IMG/VR virus record: IMGVR_UViG_3300012593_000001
DNA length: 64,000 nucleotides
Source of the DNA: a virus
Direction: 5' to 3' (one strand)
Made by a program: the position numbers and the translations under genes. This document shows positions 50,940-61,023 of this stretch, piece by piece. How positions within the stretch are numbered: position 1 is the stretch's first letter; every line of letters starts with the position of its first letter. The notes under the pieces are model-generated. The model ran no database searches and was not told where the DNA came from. It was given only the letters and a program-made list of their open reading frames with translations.

Positions 50940-51900
50940 GGCCAGGTGCATAAAATACAAAAGAATTCATAAAATACAAAAGTACATTGTAGTGGAATAA
51001 ATTCCTATTTATATAAATCGTTCCTTATAGGTATGCACGTTTCAGTTTGACAGTAGGGGGCCTCTGTGGTAGGGGGTCTTATATAGGGGTCTTATTTGCG
51101 TTATGCCGTGGCGTGTGGTATGGCGTGCAGGGGTCGCGCCGGGGTTAGCGGTTTGCATCGTGTGGCGGTGTGTGCTAGGGGGTCTTATATAGGGGTCTTA
51201 TGTGAGTACGGCAATTAGTGAGTTGTCAAGTTATTGTGGTGTGTTGTTTATCACGTCGTTGATGTGCATTGTTGAGTTGCTTTTTGGCGGCGTGTGTGGT
51301 ATGGCTTGGCGGCTCTGTGTTGTTGTGCGTCGTGAGTACGGTAGCGGCGGTGTTGTCAAATCATCGGGGGTAGAGCGGGGGGTAAAAATTTCCGAGCTGT
51401 CGATATTTAGTTAAACAAAACTAAGTAATTTTTCTTTATCTTTTTGACATAAATAATTATTTATATAAATCGAAAATTAGTTAAAGGTTGAACGAAACTT
51501 AGTTAAAGGTTGAAGTTTCAAGATTGAAGTAATTGGTTTGGATTTATATAAATCGGAATTTATATGATAAAGATTTTCACTTTAAGATTGAACTAAAATT
51601 AGTTTAGGCTTGAAGCTTTAAGGTTGAAGTGAATTAGTTAAAGGTTGAACCAAATTTAGTTTACGGTTGAAGTTTCAATCTTGAAGTGAAATTAGTTTAG
51701 GCTTGAAGTATTTCAGTTAAAGCTTGAAACTTTAGGCTTGAACTAAATTTAGTTCACGGTTGAAGTATTGCCGGGGGGAGCTCGCCGGGGGTGGGGTCGG
51801 GTTGACAAACGAGGCGGCGGTGTGGTATGAGAATGGCCAGGTGCATACTATGCAGGCGTGTGCATAATATTCTATTCGAACAGATGTACGGGGGGAGGGA
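50940..51900. promoter_or_regulatory. Non-coding block C: promoter-like repeats, TTCAAnnTTGAA palindrome array and SOS-box-like site
   Basis: See findings; no credible ORF. Confidence 0.7.
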
Positions 51901-52020
51901 AGCCCCCCGAAACCCCCTCTGACCTGCGCCTTCGGTGCTGCAAAAATAAGCGTGCGACAGTTCGAATTCGGCTTTTGTAAAGGATACTTTACATTTGCTG
52001 TGCTATACTCGCAGGTCAGG
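51890..52020. other. Probable cos / genome-end junction
   Basis: G-run and C-run, then CGCCTTCGGTGCTGC; bracketed by inverted CTGACCTGCG (51919) / CGCAGGTCAG (52010); just upstream of the TerS unit; HNH next to terL. Confidence 0.45.
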
Positions 52021-52062
52021 AGGTTTTATGCAGAAAATGCAACTTTTTGAGGAAAAGATAAA

Positions 52063-52617
52063 ATGAGGCAAAAGACCAAGAAAAAACCAGTAGTAGCGCT
52101 CTGTGGCACGGTTTCCGGCTATAACCGACACAATCGACTCGGAGAAAAGCCTTGCGAAGAGTGCAATAAGGCACACAACGAGTACAGACTTGCCTTGTAC
52201 CACAAACGCAAGCCAAAGAGACTGCGCGAGCCTGAGCCTCCGCTCGAGGGCTTCGCCTGCGTCAAGAAGACAGGCAGATATCCTCGAGGACGCAAGGGAA
52301 AGAACGCTGGCTACATGGCGCACTACCTCGCCGGAGAAAAGCCGTGTGAGGCCTGTGCTATCGCGCACTCGCGTTGGAATACCAAGGAGAAGAAGCGCAG
52401 ACAGCGCCGATACAAGCGCGAAGGCATCGTCATCGAGAAGCCGAAGAAGGCACATCGAAAACCGCCAGGCAGACCTAAGCAACCGCGTGTGTACGTAGAC
52501 GCGCTCAATTGGCCGGAGGGTAGCCCTTATGCCGACGAGGCGTATCGACTAGAATTGCTGGAGAAATCCAAGAAAGAGACCAACGCACAGAAGATTAGGA
52601 GTGTGAGAAATGCCTAG
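52063..52617 (+). CDS. Basic protein with two H..GEKPCxxC..AH zinc-binding repeats
   Basis: CGTVSGYNRHNRLGEKPCEECNKAH and AGYMAHYLAGEKPCEACAIAH. Confidence 0.75.
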   Translation: MRQKTKKKPVVALCGTVSGYNRHNRLGEKPCEECNKAHNEYRLALYHKRKPKRLREPEPPLEGFACVKKTGRYPRGRKGKNAGYMAHYLAGEKPCEACAIAHSRWNTKEKKRRQRRYKREGIVIEKPKKAHRKPPGRPKQPRVYVDALNWPEGSPYADEAYRLELLEKSKKETNAQKIRSVRNA

Positions 52618-53125
52618 AGGTGGACCCGGTAAAGCAGGAGGCCCTTCTAAGAAAGGCGCTAAAGCCACAGTGACGATTTTGACCGGAGGTATGGAAAAGG
52701 ATGAGATTCCTTACCTCCCAGATGCCTCCGATTGGCTCGTTAACAAGAGTGACGAAGGCTGGGAGGACGAGCCAGAGTGGTCCCCGGTCGTAGAGAAGTG
52801 GTGGGAGGATATTTGGACCTCTCCTATGGCTAACGAGTTTCTTAAGGCCGACTTGCACGGCCTGTTTATGGCTTGTTACTATCTTCATGAGTCTGTGAAC
52901 CCGAATTACAAGCTTGCGGACCGTCTTACCGCGGGTAAAGCTTTTGAGAATTCGATTAAGGCTTACGGCCTTAACCCTCAGGCTCGCTCTGCTCTTAGAT
53001 GGCAGGTTGCACAAGGTGAAACCGCTCAGCGCCGTACCGACCGTATGCGCGATGAGGCCAGAGCAGAACAGAAGAAAAAGATGTCTAGCGGCGGTATGCA
53101 AGACCTATACCGCAGAAATGGATAA
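52610..53125 (+). CDS. terS: Terminase small subunit
   Basis: W...VEKWWEDIWTSPMA.EF..AD and GLNPQARSALRW, an actinophage TerS pattern. Confidence 0.75.
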   Translation: MPRGGPGKAGGPSKKGAKATVTILTGGMEKDEIPYLPDASDWLVNKSDEGWEDEPEWSPVVEKWWEDIWTSPMANEFLKADLHGLFMACYYLHESVNPNYKLADRLTAGKAFENSIKAYGLNPQARSALRWQVAQGETAQRRTDRMRDEARAEQKKKMSSGGMQDLYRRNG

Positions 53126-53128
53126 ACT

Positions 53129-54096
53129 ATGCACCCCGAGAACGATAATTTCACTGCCGAAGCGACAGGCGTACTCTTCTCCATCGCTTTCCTCAAGCTA
53201 CTCACCAACATCCTGTGGTCTATCCCGCTGGCTCTGTTTGGTATCGAGCCGCTGATGCGCGAGGCGTTTGGCGTAGACCTCTCCTTCCCCGCGGTGTGGT
53301 TCAGCTTGCTCACCCTCTTTACCGTCCTTGGTTACCTGCGCAGGGGCAGCTACCCCCACGTATCTAAGTAAACTAGCAGGTCAAGCCCTACACAGCTTTC
53401 AAAACCACCCCCGACAGAATATGTCAGTTTGTGGCTAAAGAATTAGCTGTGTAGGGTTTTTCTTGTAGCCACAGAGAGCTACACCAAAACGACATAGAGA
53501 AAGGAAGGAAATGCTTTTCTTCGCTGTAACCGCTGGGTTTGTGGCGATTCTTGTTTCCTCGATGGTGGTCATCTTCCCGATTGTCTTCATCTTGGAGGTT
53601 CTAGGTATTACCGACCTCTTTGACACAGAGAATCAGGAGTACGAGGATGCACGAGTAGATGATGGAGGCAAGCCTTATGGCTACTGGGAACACCCCGCCA
53701 ACTTCAAGCGCCACGAGAAATAGGCAAGACCAGATAAACCGATACGTACACACTCGCGTCAAATACGCACTGAAGCCAGTAACCGACCACCTTAACCAGA
53801 AGGTAGAAGAAGGCTTCATGACACAGCAAGAACTAGAAACCGCATACTTCTACTGCGGACTCAAGGAGGATTAAATGTCTAAGAAGTTCCACTTCGATTT
53901 CGAAACTAAAGACTACACTACCGAAGGCCCTGTGACCATCGCGGATACGACCGATATGGCGATTGCTTTGGCAGCAGAGTCTCTGTATCAAGGCAATGTT
54001 AAGCCAGAAAAGCTCGAAGAATCTGCGGACATTATTTCCAAGATAATTGTCGGCACCTACAAGAAGTTGGTTGAAAATGAGACTGCTAATGACTGA
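53129..54096 (+). CDS. Small genes: 53129-53371 (membrane), 53511-53723 (membrane), ~53677-53874, 53875-54096
   Basis: Co-oriented, with RBSs and hydrophobic segments. Confidence 0.65.
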
Positions 54097-55145
54097 ATAC
54101 ACCCGCGAAGAGGTTTATAAGGCGCACGACGCGCTAGAGTACCTCATCCAAAATCTATACGATGTTTCGTTCGAAGAGGCTAGGGATACCGATAGCTATA
54201 AGAAGCTGGCTAAGTTTCTTCCACCTAAGCCGAAACCCACAGTTCTGGACGAGGGCTGGGATGACGAAGAGGACCGACACCGCCTAGCTACGCATAAGGA
54301 AATCTCTTGTGACGTAGTTATGTTGCAAGAAACCTATGATGGTCGAAAGGTTTACTGTCTCGTAGAGCCAGAGACCACTATGGCAAAACCGTACATTGTG
54401 GCCCTAGATAAGGATACGCTCACCCCAACCGGCAAGCGCTACAAGATTACGGAGGAATAATGACCACCCCAACTCGCCAAGAAATTATTAATGCGCACAA
54501 AGAGCTAAAGAAGCTATGTGACCGTGTGCCAGCAACCAACCGCGCTAGGGAGGCTATTCTTGCCGCACTTCCACCACTTCCTTCTGTCACCATGGACGAG
54601 GTTGAATGGGATGATATAGAGCACCGCTTCCGAGTTGCTCTCTATCACGACGGCAACGAGAAGGTGACGATGTTGCAACCATCCTTCCTTTGCCACAAAA
54701 TCTTTTGTCTCGTAGAGCCGCTCTCAAGAGCACCGTACGTTGCAGAGCTAGACGAGAACCTACTTACCCCTTTGGGTTGGGAATACAACTTGGAAGAGAG
54801 AAGCTAATGAAAAACGAAGACATCATCAAGGCGCATAACTCCCTGAAGCATCTAGAGATGTTGATTAAGGGCAGTGAAAATTTGGACACCATCGAAAATA
54901 TCGCTAAGGTATTGCCTAAGCTACCTCGAGTACATGTCAACGAGATTAGCTGGTACGACGAGCGCTGGCTTTTCCGCGAGGTAGAGATTGAGAAAGAAAC
55001 CAGACTCGCAGTAGTTGTTGGTCTATGGGAACACGGCTTTGTCGTGGCATACAAAGACGAATTCGGATGGACAGCAGTAAGGAAGCTTGCCAGCGAGCTC
55101 ATTCTTACCGGAAACGAATACGAGCTAAAGAAGAAGGAAAAATGA
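54089..55145 (+). CDS. Three tandem paralogous genes (54089-54460, 54460-54807, 54807-55145)
   Basis: Shared pattern E(I/V)..AH..L..L ... LPP.P ... W.D ... L...G..Y.(L/I). Confidence 0.8.
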
Positions 55146-56159
55146 GCATCAACCACGAGCACCTAAAGAGGCTAGTCGCGGAAATGGAGCAAGGCGTAGC
55201 CGCCACAACCACATACAGCTGGCTAGACCTCGCAAAAGAAATTCTGCGTATGCGGAAAGAGCTGATAAGTCTCCGAGAAGAAGCACGCTCCGCCGCAAAA
55301 ATCCACGCAACCGGGCCAGCTGCACAGCGGGTATTTGATGCCCTAGACACCACCATCAACCAAATTCTAGGAGACCACAATGACTAATCTAGACCGAGCC
55401 GCACAGGTCATCTTCAAGTGGCAGAAGCGGCATCAGGGAAATATGGACACCAACCCTGAGTGGTCCGCACAGAACCTCGCAATTGACCTATACGTCCAAG
55501 GATTGCTGACCCCTGAACTACCAGAAGAAAAGGAAGAAAATGAGCATTAAAGAAGAGCTCGAAGAGGTTATCGCCTCTGTCTTGTACGCAGAAGCTATCT
55601 CCAAGGAAGACCTTGTAGAGAAGCTAGCGGACAGCATCATCATGAATTTCACTCTTGGCCCCGACTATCTGTTTAAGGAGCAGTAATGCTACTTAGTGAA
55701 TACCCTGAAGAAAAGCGGAGAAAATTCGTTGGAATGTGGGCCGAATTCGTCGATTCCGCCAAAGAGGAAGACCTCGTGGTTATTGTCGATATCTTCTCTG
55801 ATAGAGCTGTTGCCGTAAGCCCCGCTTTTGGTGGTTGTGATGGTCTCTACTCTTTAGATGAGCTTGACCTAAGGCCTGACCTTCCTCGAGCGTGGACCCC
55901 GCAAGGCGCGCCTGCTAATGGGAAGAAAAAGAGCGATGACACCATCTCCTACGACACCATTACCCGCGCGGACAGAAGCAAGATGTGGGTTATCGATACC
56001 CCCCAAGATAATCTAGTCTATATCTCTTTAGACGGGGATTTAGACAAGGTTTCTCTCGTGCAATCGAATCCTAGTGGTGTCGATATCGTCTCTCTTTCTA
56101 GACAAGAAGCGATGCTTGCCGCCTCTGTCTTAAGAGAAGCCGCAAGAACCAACGTTTAA
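55142..56159 (+). CDS. Small genes 55142-55387, 55380-55550, 55540-55686, 55686-56159
   Basis: Overlapping start/stop codons; two were read by hand; terminator at 56162-56201. Confidence 0.7.
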
Positions 56160-56261
56160 GCAAACCGCTAATCAGTATTTCCGCTGGTTAGCGGTTCTTT
56201 TTGACTTTCATGTCGAAAAAGAGCACAATAAATGTACACCACCAAAGAGAAAGGACTTAAG

Positions 56262-56867
56262 GTGCTACGTTTCTACTACTACTCCAGCGGAGAGACTACA
56301 GATAGGTTTGTGAAGCGCTACCTTCTTCCCGCCTGTCATGAGCAAGAGGTTCGCGCTCAGGCGCGCCGTGTGTACGCTGAGAGCCCCCATAAGGACGCTA
56401 TGGCCTTCTCCCTTGCGATGAAGCCTACAACCTGCTCAGAAGGCCGCACAATGCCGAATTTGTTCTCTACTGAGCGCTCTGTGATGACCCGCCACCTCGA
56501 AGGCTTCGCCTACAACTGGTCTAAAGATAAAACTGTGGTCATCATTCCGTCCTACGGACGCTTTAACCACGAGAAGCACGTCTCTGAGGACTACATTCCG
56601 CGGTGTTTGCAAGGCCTTCTAGCCAACCACGAGCATGACCCTAACCTCTACGTCATTTTGACGGGCAACAGGACCTTCGGAGGCAAGTTTCTTGCCGCCA
56701 AGCAGGACTTGCCCGCGGGTGCTCGTGTAGCCGGAGAGATTGAGCTAGACGGCTCGTTTGAGGAAGCCTCCGAGATTGTCCGCTGGCTCTCCGAGCAGCC
56801 TCTCGAGACCTATAAAAAGGATGATAAACCTCTACAACTTTTGGTTGATGGTAAGACCGTAAATTAG
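56262..56867 (+). CDS. nrdI: NrdI-like flavodoxin with internal insertion
   Basis: YYYSSGETTDRFV, IIPSYG, TGNRTFG and IELDGS; own promoter TTGACT-N17-CACAAT; terminator at 56887-56911. Confidence 0.75.
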   Translation: MLRFYYYSSGETTDRFVKRYLLPACHEQEVRAQARRVYAESPHKDAMAFSLAMKPTTCSEGRTMPNLFSTERSVMTRHLEGFAYNWSKDKTVVIIPSYGRFNHEKHVSEDYIPRCLQGLLANHEHDPNLYVILTGNRTFGGKFLAAKQDLPAGARVAGEIELDGSFEEASEIVRWLSEQPLETYKKDDKPLQLLVDGKTVN

Positions 56868-56914
56868 TAGGAGAAAACTCTGTTATATAGCCCCCACAGG
56901 GGGCTATTTTTATG

Positions 56915-57800
56915 CCATGCAACTTTCGTAAAAATACAACTTTTCTGTATTCGTCGGGGGGACGTAATAAAAAGGTCCAAAATCGGCACTTTTTATTACA
57001 TGCGAACTTTTCAGGGTAGCTTCATTACCTGCTGTTTCAGGGCTTTTTAATATATACAAAAAAATCGTTTTTCAGGGGTTTTGCAAATTCGTCCTGGGGG
57101 TTTAATCTTTTTGTTACCTAATTTTCAGGTGTCATGGTGACGCCCCATATTGATAAGGAGCGAACTGGGGAAACGCTATGTATATCCTACTGAAAAATTA
57201 CAAACATCTATTTTGACCCTGAAAAACACATCTTTTAAACCTATTCTTCATCTCCTGAAAAACAATGAGCTCAAAGAAGGTCGGATATGTTAGTTCTTGG
57301 TGTTATATTTCTCTTACAGAGCTTAGGAATACAACTTTTGAAGGGAAAATACAACTTTCCAAATTGAAAAAGTTGTATTGGTATTTCCGCTGTTAAGTAG
57401 GGATTTTTGGGGATTTAAAAGAAAAACCTTTCAGAAAAAGTTGTATTGGCTATAACCCCAGGTCAACCTATTTATATTCACTAATAATACATTTAATACA
57501 ACTTTTTTGAAGATTAAACTTTAGAAGAAAGATAAGATAAGTCAAAAATCAAACAAAAAATAATATATATAATAGTTAATATATATAATATAATACCCCC
57601 TGGTGTTATATTCCACCGAAAAACACCCAAAATATTTAGAAATAATAAAAACACCCCCTCTATAAGGACACCAATAATTGAAAAAAGTTGTATTAGATAA
57701 AATTCTTGCATTTCCGCTGGTCAGAGTATGTTTTTACCCCGTTTTAAAAGTTGTATTGGATACAAGAAAGCTGGACTTTCCCAGGTCAGAGGCTAAATTT
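56915..57800. repeat. Iteron-like AATACAACTTTT repeats in both orientations around an AT-rich core (candidate origin)
   Basis: Forward at 56933, 57328, 57348, 57495; reverse at 57368, 57436, 57683, 57746. Confidence 0.8.
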
Positions 57801-57859
57801 GACTGCTTTCAGTGGTTAATGTAATTTTGTAAGCAAGCCAACGGAAAAAGGAGTTGAAA

Positions 57860-58453
57860 ATGGCTGTTGATGTAAATGCTTTTGGAAGGACCCTCGCGGT
57901 CACAAACAAGGGCGAGGTTTATTACCACGAGGACGGTAAATACAAAAAGATTAAGTCCTACATGCACCAAGGAAAGAAGTACGTGCGTATCGCAAAACGC
58001 ACGAACAATAAGCACCGCTACCACCAACATCGAGTGGACCAGCTGGTGTGCTTCGCTTTCAAAACGCAAAACCTACAAAAGCGACAGAAAATCGAGTACG
58101 TGGATGGGAACCCAGAGAATTGCGCCGCAACAAACTTGCGGATTGTTCCTAAGGGAGGCTCGCTCGGAGATACGAAGAGGAAGTGCTCTCGAGGTCACAA
58201 AATCACCGGGGAGAACGTCTACTCGGACAAGAGATACCCCAATAGCTATGCCTGTAAGTCCTGCTCAAACGCCAGGAATTGGCTGAGAGGAACCAAGCGG
58301 AAAGACCTCCTAGAAAGCGAAGATGTGGTTTCTCTGGTTGCGGATGTTTATTACGATAAACACGTTCTACACAGCGAAAACTTCGTTGAAAACTGGGACA
58401 AAATGAAGAGTCTTGTTAAGACCGCTTCTGGGCCAGAAGAGTTTGTGCTATAG
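57860..58453 (+). CDS. HNH homing-endonuclease-like protein, degenerate active site
   Basis: RVDQLVCFAF..EYVDGNPENCAATNLR and CSRGH..CKSC zinc finger. Confidence 0.7.
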   Translation: MAVDVNAFGRTLAVTNKGEVYYHEDGKYKKIKSYMHQGKKYVRIAKRTNNKHRYHQHRVDQLVCFAFKTQNLQKRQKIEYVDGNPENCAATNLRIVPKGGSLGDTKRKCSRGHKITGENVYSDKRYPNSYACKSCSNARNWLRGTKRKDLLESEDVVSLVADVYYDKHVLHSENFVENWDKMKSLVKTASGPEEFVL

Positions 58454-58461
58454 TTGCTTGC

Positions 58462-59706
58462 ATGAACGATTCCACACAGCGCAATGAGCAAGCAACTCGC
58501 CTACTGGCCGAGGCGAGCTTCGCTGCTGCGCTGTACGCACCTACAACCGCGGTTAGCTTGTCTCGCTCTCTTTCTGACCGTGCGTTGTGGCGCGATGACG
58601 AGCGGATTATGCGAGCCCTGCACGCTCAGTCTGAAGTGAACCGAGCTACCACCAAAGATTCGATTTTGGTGCCCTTGCTTCGTTCCATCGTCCGGTCTTC
58701 GTCCAAGCGAACGATTAAGTCCGCCAAGGAGAGCTCGGCTGTGGCTACGGCTTCCAGGCGAGATATCTTCTTCAATGCCAGCAACGACAAGGCAACCCAC
58801 CGCTGGATTGATTACAACACTCCGGTTGACGAGTGGCCTAAGGACGAAAATGGTGTCGATAAGTCGCCTATTCAGATAGCTCTCGAGCCTTCTCAGGGCT
58901 GTATGGAGCTTCTTTGCCCGTACCAGTATCAAGCCAGCGGAGTTATCGAAATGGTGCGCGCCGCGGGTACGGTTATCGGCATTTGCGATGGCGACAACCT
59001 CGCTCAAGAATTCATGAAGATGATTTTGGTTTTCGGAGGCGAGACGGTGGCAGAAACCGTCGATGGGGAAGAGCCTCTCAGCGCCGATATCTCGCTTCTG
59101 GCTGGCGGGTTTACTATGAAGGCTGCAAACGGCTGGGATAAGCCCTCTAGCCCTCTCACAGGCCCTCAACAGCATCTTGCGATGACCATCCTCGCCGCGT
59201 GGCTGAGAATGTCCACTCTTGGCGTGAGACTTACCTCTTTCAACCGCCTGCAAGACTGGGAGAACTGGTTTGATGGTGTCCACTATGGCGGACGCGAAGA
59301 GTGGGTTGGTCAAGTCTGGAGCATGAGCGACGCTGATTCTGCAGAGGTTCTGAACCGCATTGAGCTACAGGGTAAGTGGGCTAACCCAAGCAGGAATGGT
59401 CAGCTTCCGTGGCAAGAAAAAGAAGGCGGAAGCCCGAACGTATTTATCGGTATTGCTTCTGCTCTTCTCGATATCGCTTCTACCAAAACGGGGGTATATC
59501 GAGATGTCTCCGATGGCTTCTTTCAGGTTTTTCAGGAAGAGGAATGGAAGATGCCAGAACACCGCTTTGACCTGCCTAAAGAGGTAGAAAACGACAACAT
59601 TGTTAACGACAAAATCGCCATTCAGCTCGAGAAGATTCGCGGAGAGCTTGTTAACGCAACCAACGGAGCGGTGAAGTCAATTAGGCTGCTAGAGCACCTA
59701 TCTTGA
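58462..59706 (+). CDS. Hypothetical protein (414 aa)
   Basis: Long co-oriented ORF; TGC-TATAGT extended -10 directly upstream of the ATG, possibly leaderless. Confidence 0.75.
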   Translation: MNDSTQRNEQATRLLAEASFAAALYAPTTAVSLSRSLSDRALWRDDERIMRALHAQSEVNRATTKDSILVPLLRSIVRSSSKRTIKSAKESSAVATASRRDIFFNASNDKATHRWIDYNTPVDEWPKDENGVDKSPIQIALEPSQGCMELLCPYQYQASGVIEMVRAAGTVIGICDGDNLAQEFMKMILVFGGETVAETVDGEEPLSADISLLAGGFTMKAANGWDKPSSPLTGPQQHLAMTILAAWLRMSTLGVRLTSFNRLQDWENWFDGVHYGGREEWVGQVWSMSDADSAEVLNRIELQGKWANPSRNGQLPWQEKEGGSPNVFIGIASALLDIASTKTGVYRDVSDGFFQVFQEEEWKMPEHRFDLPKEVENDNIVNDKIAIQLEKIRGELVNATNGAVKSIRLLEHLS

Positions 59707-59768
59707 CTTAAATGTAGTTGGGATGCTATGGTGTCTTTACGGCCAAAGAAGTCGAGAAAAGGATAAAG

Positions 59769-60425
59769 ATGAATCCCATTTTTGATGAAGTCAAGCGTAC
59801 TTTACAAGAGCGAGCACATGCGTACGGAGACGCATCTGAGATGCACCAGCTGATTGCTGAATACTGGGGCACCTACTTGGATAAGGATATTTCCGCCTCT
59901 GATGTAGCGGTCATGATGACCCTATTCAAGATTGCACGGTCTTCCTACGGAGATAGCCTCGAGACGGCAGATGACCTAAAGGATGCCATCGGCTATATGG
60001 GTTTTGCCGCAGAATTCCGCGGAGAAGAGGCCTCAGAGGACCTGTTCGACCCGAGCATTTTGGGTTTTGACCGCGAAGATATCGAGAATATGCCAACTCT
60101 CGAAGAGGTCTTTGTTACCCCTTCTGAAGAGTGGCAAGAAAAGAAGGAAGAGCAGGAAGAAAAGGGCAAGCACGAAGAGCCCTCTATCTTCAACAGCGAA
60201 CTGCTCGATAACTTCTATCGTCGTAACCGCGAGCTCGCAGAGACCCTTGCTGAGATTGGGGAGCAAACCAAGAAGTTTGCCGGTGCTACGATGAAGATTA
60301 TCGATTTTGACGGCAAGCCGCATATCGATAACGGCAACGGCTTCGTAGAAATCGAAGAGAAGTATCGTAAGTCCAACTTCGAGGACCACCTAGACAACGT
60401 AAGTGAGCAGAATCGTGGAGTTTAA
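59769..60425 (+). CDS. DUF6378-like protein
   Basis: R...YG..IA..W..YL..DVA.MM...K.AR..D..GY pattern; promoter TTGACT-N18-TATGGT. Confidence 0.65.
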   Translation: MNPIFDEVKRTLQERAHAYGDASEMHQLIAEYWGTYLDKDISASDVAVMMTLFKIARSSYGDSLETADDLKDAIGYMGFAAEFRGEEASEDLFDPSILGFDREDIENMPTLEEVFVTPSEEWQEKKEEQEEKGKHEEPSIFNSELLDNFYRRNRELAETLAEIGEQTKKFAGATMKIIDFDGKPHIDNGNGFVEIEEKYRKSNFEDHLDNVSEQNRGV

Positions 60426-61022
60426 TCTAGGAATTAAGGATTCTGACCTCGAAGGTCTCTCTGATGAAGAGCTCGGAGAACTGGCGGAACAGGGCCGCAG
60501 GTTCATTAAGGCCGAAGAGGCGAAAATCGCAGAGGCTCTCAAGCCACATATTCGTCTAGAGAACAGCAGCATTTCCCCGCGTCAGTTCTGGTTCGAAGAG
60601 GCTGTATGGCGCAATGAAATTGCTTCTGGCAAGATTAACTGGGTTCAGCTAGAAACCGCTCAGGAAGCCAAGCTGAGGGCTGTTACGGCTGAATCTATTG
60701 TTGCAACGCTGGAGCAAATCATCTACACTCACAAGGAGCATAGAGCTCGCATGAGCTACCTTCACGGTGAGCCTATTGCTGAGGATGACAAGGAAGAGGA
60801 CTGGATTTTCTAATGAATGAAGAGCAGCAGAAGCAATTTCAAGAAGACTTGAGAGAGCTCGTAGAGCTTCACTTCGGAGATTTCGGAGTTATGAAGGAGC
60901 AGCTCTTTGTTGGTCTAGTCCAAGATTCTTCTAACGTTTGCCATCTCGTCGCTATCAATAACGGAGAAGGCAATGCCACCATCCTAAAGTCCATGCTAAA
61001 CGAGATTTCGGAAAAGATTTAA
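60403..61022 (+). CDS. Two hypothetical genes (60403-60813, 60813-61022)
   Basis: Co-oriented, overlapping. Confidence 0.7.
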
Positions 61023-61023
61023 A

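Noticed and set aside
51598..51710. DtxR boxes (TTAGTTTAGGCT resembles a half site)
   Set aside because: The second half does not match and the symmetry is even (20 bp) rather than the 19-bp DtxR dyad.
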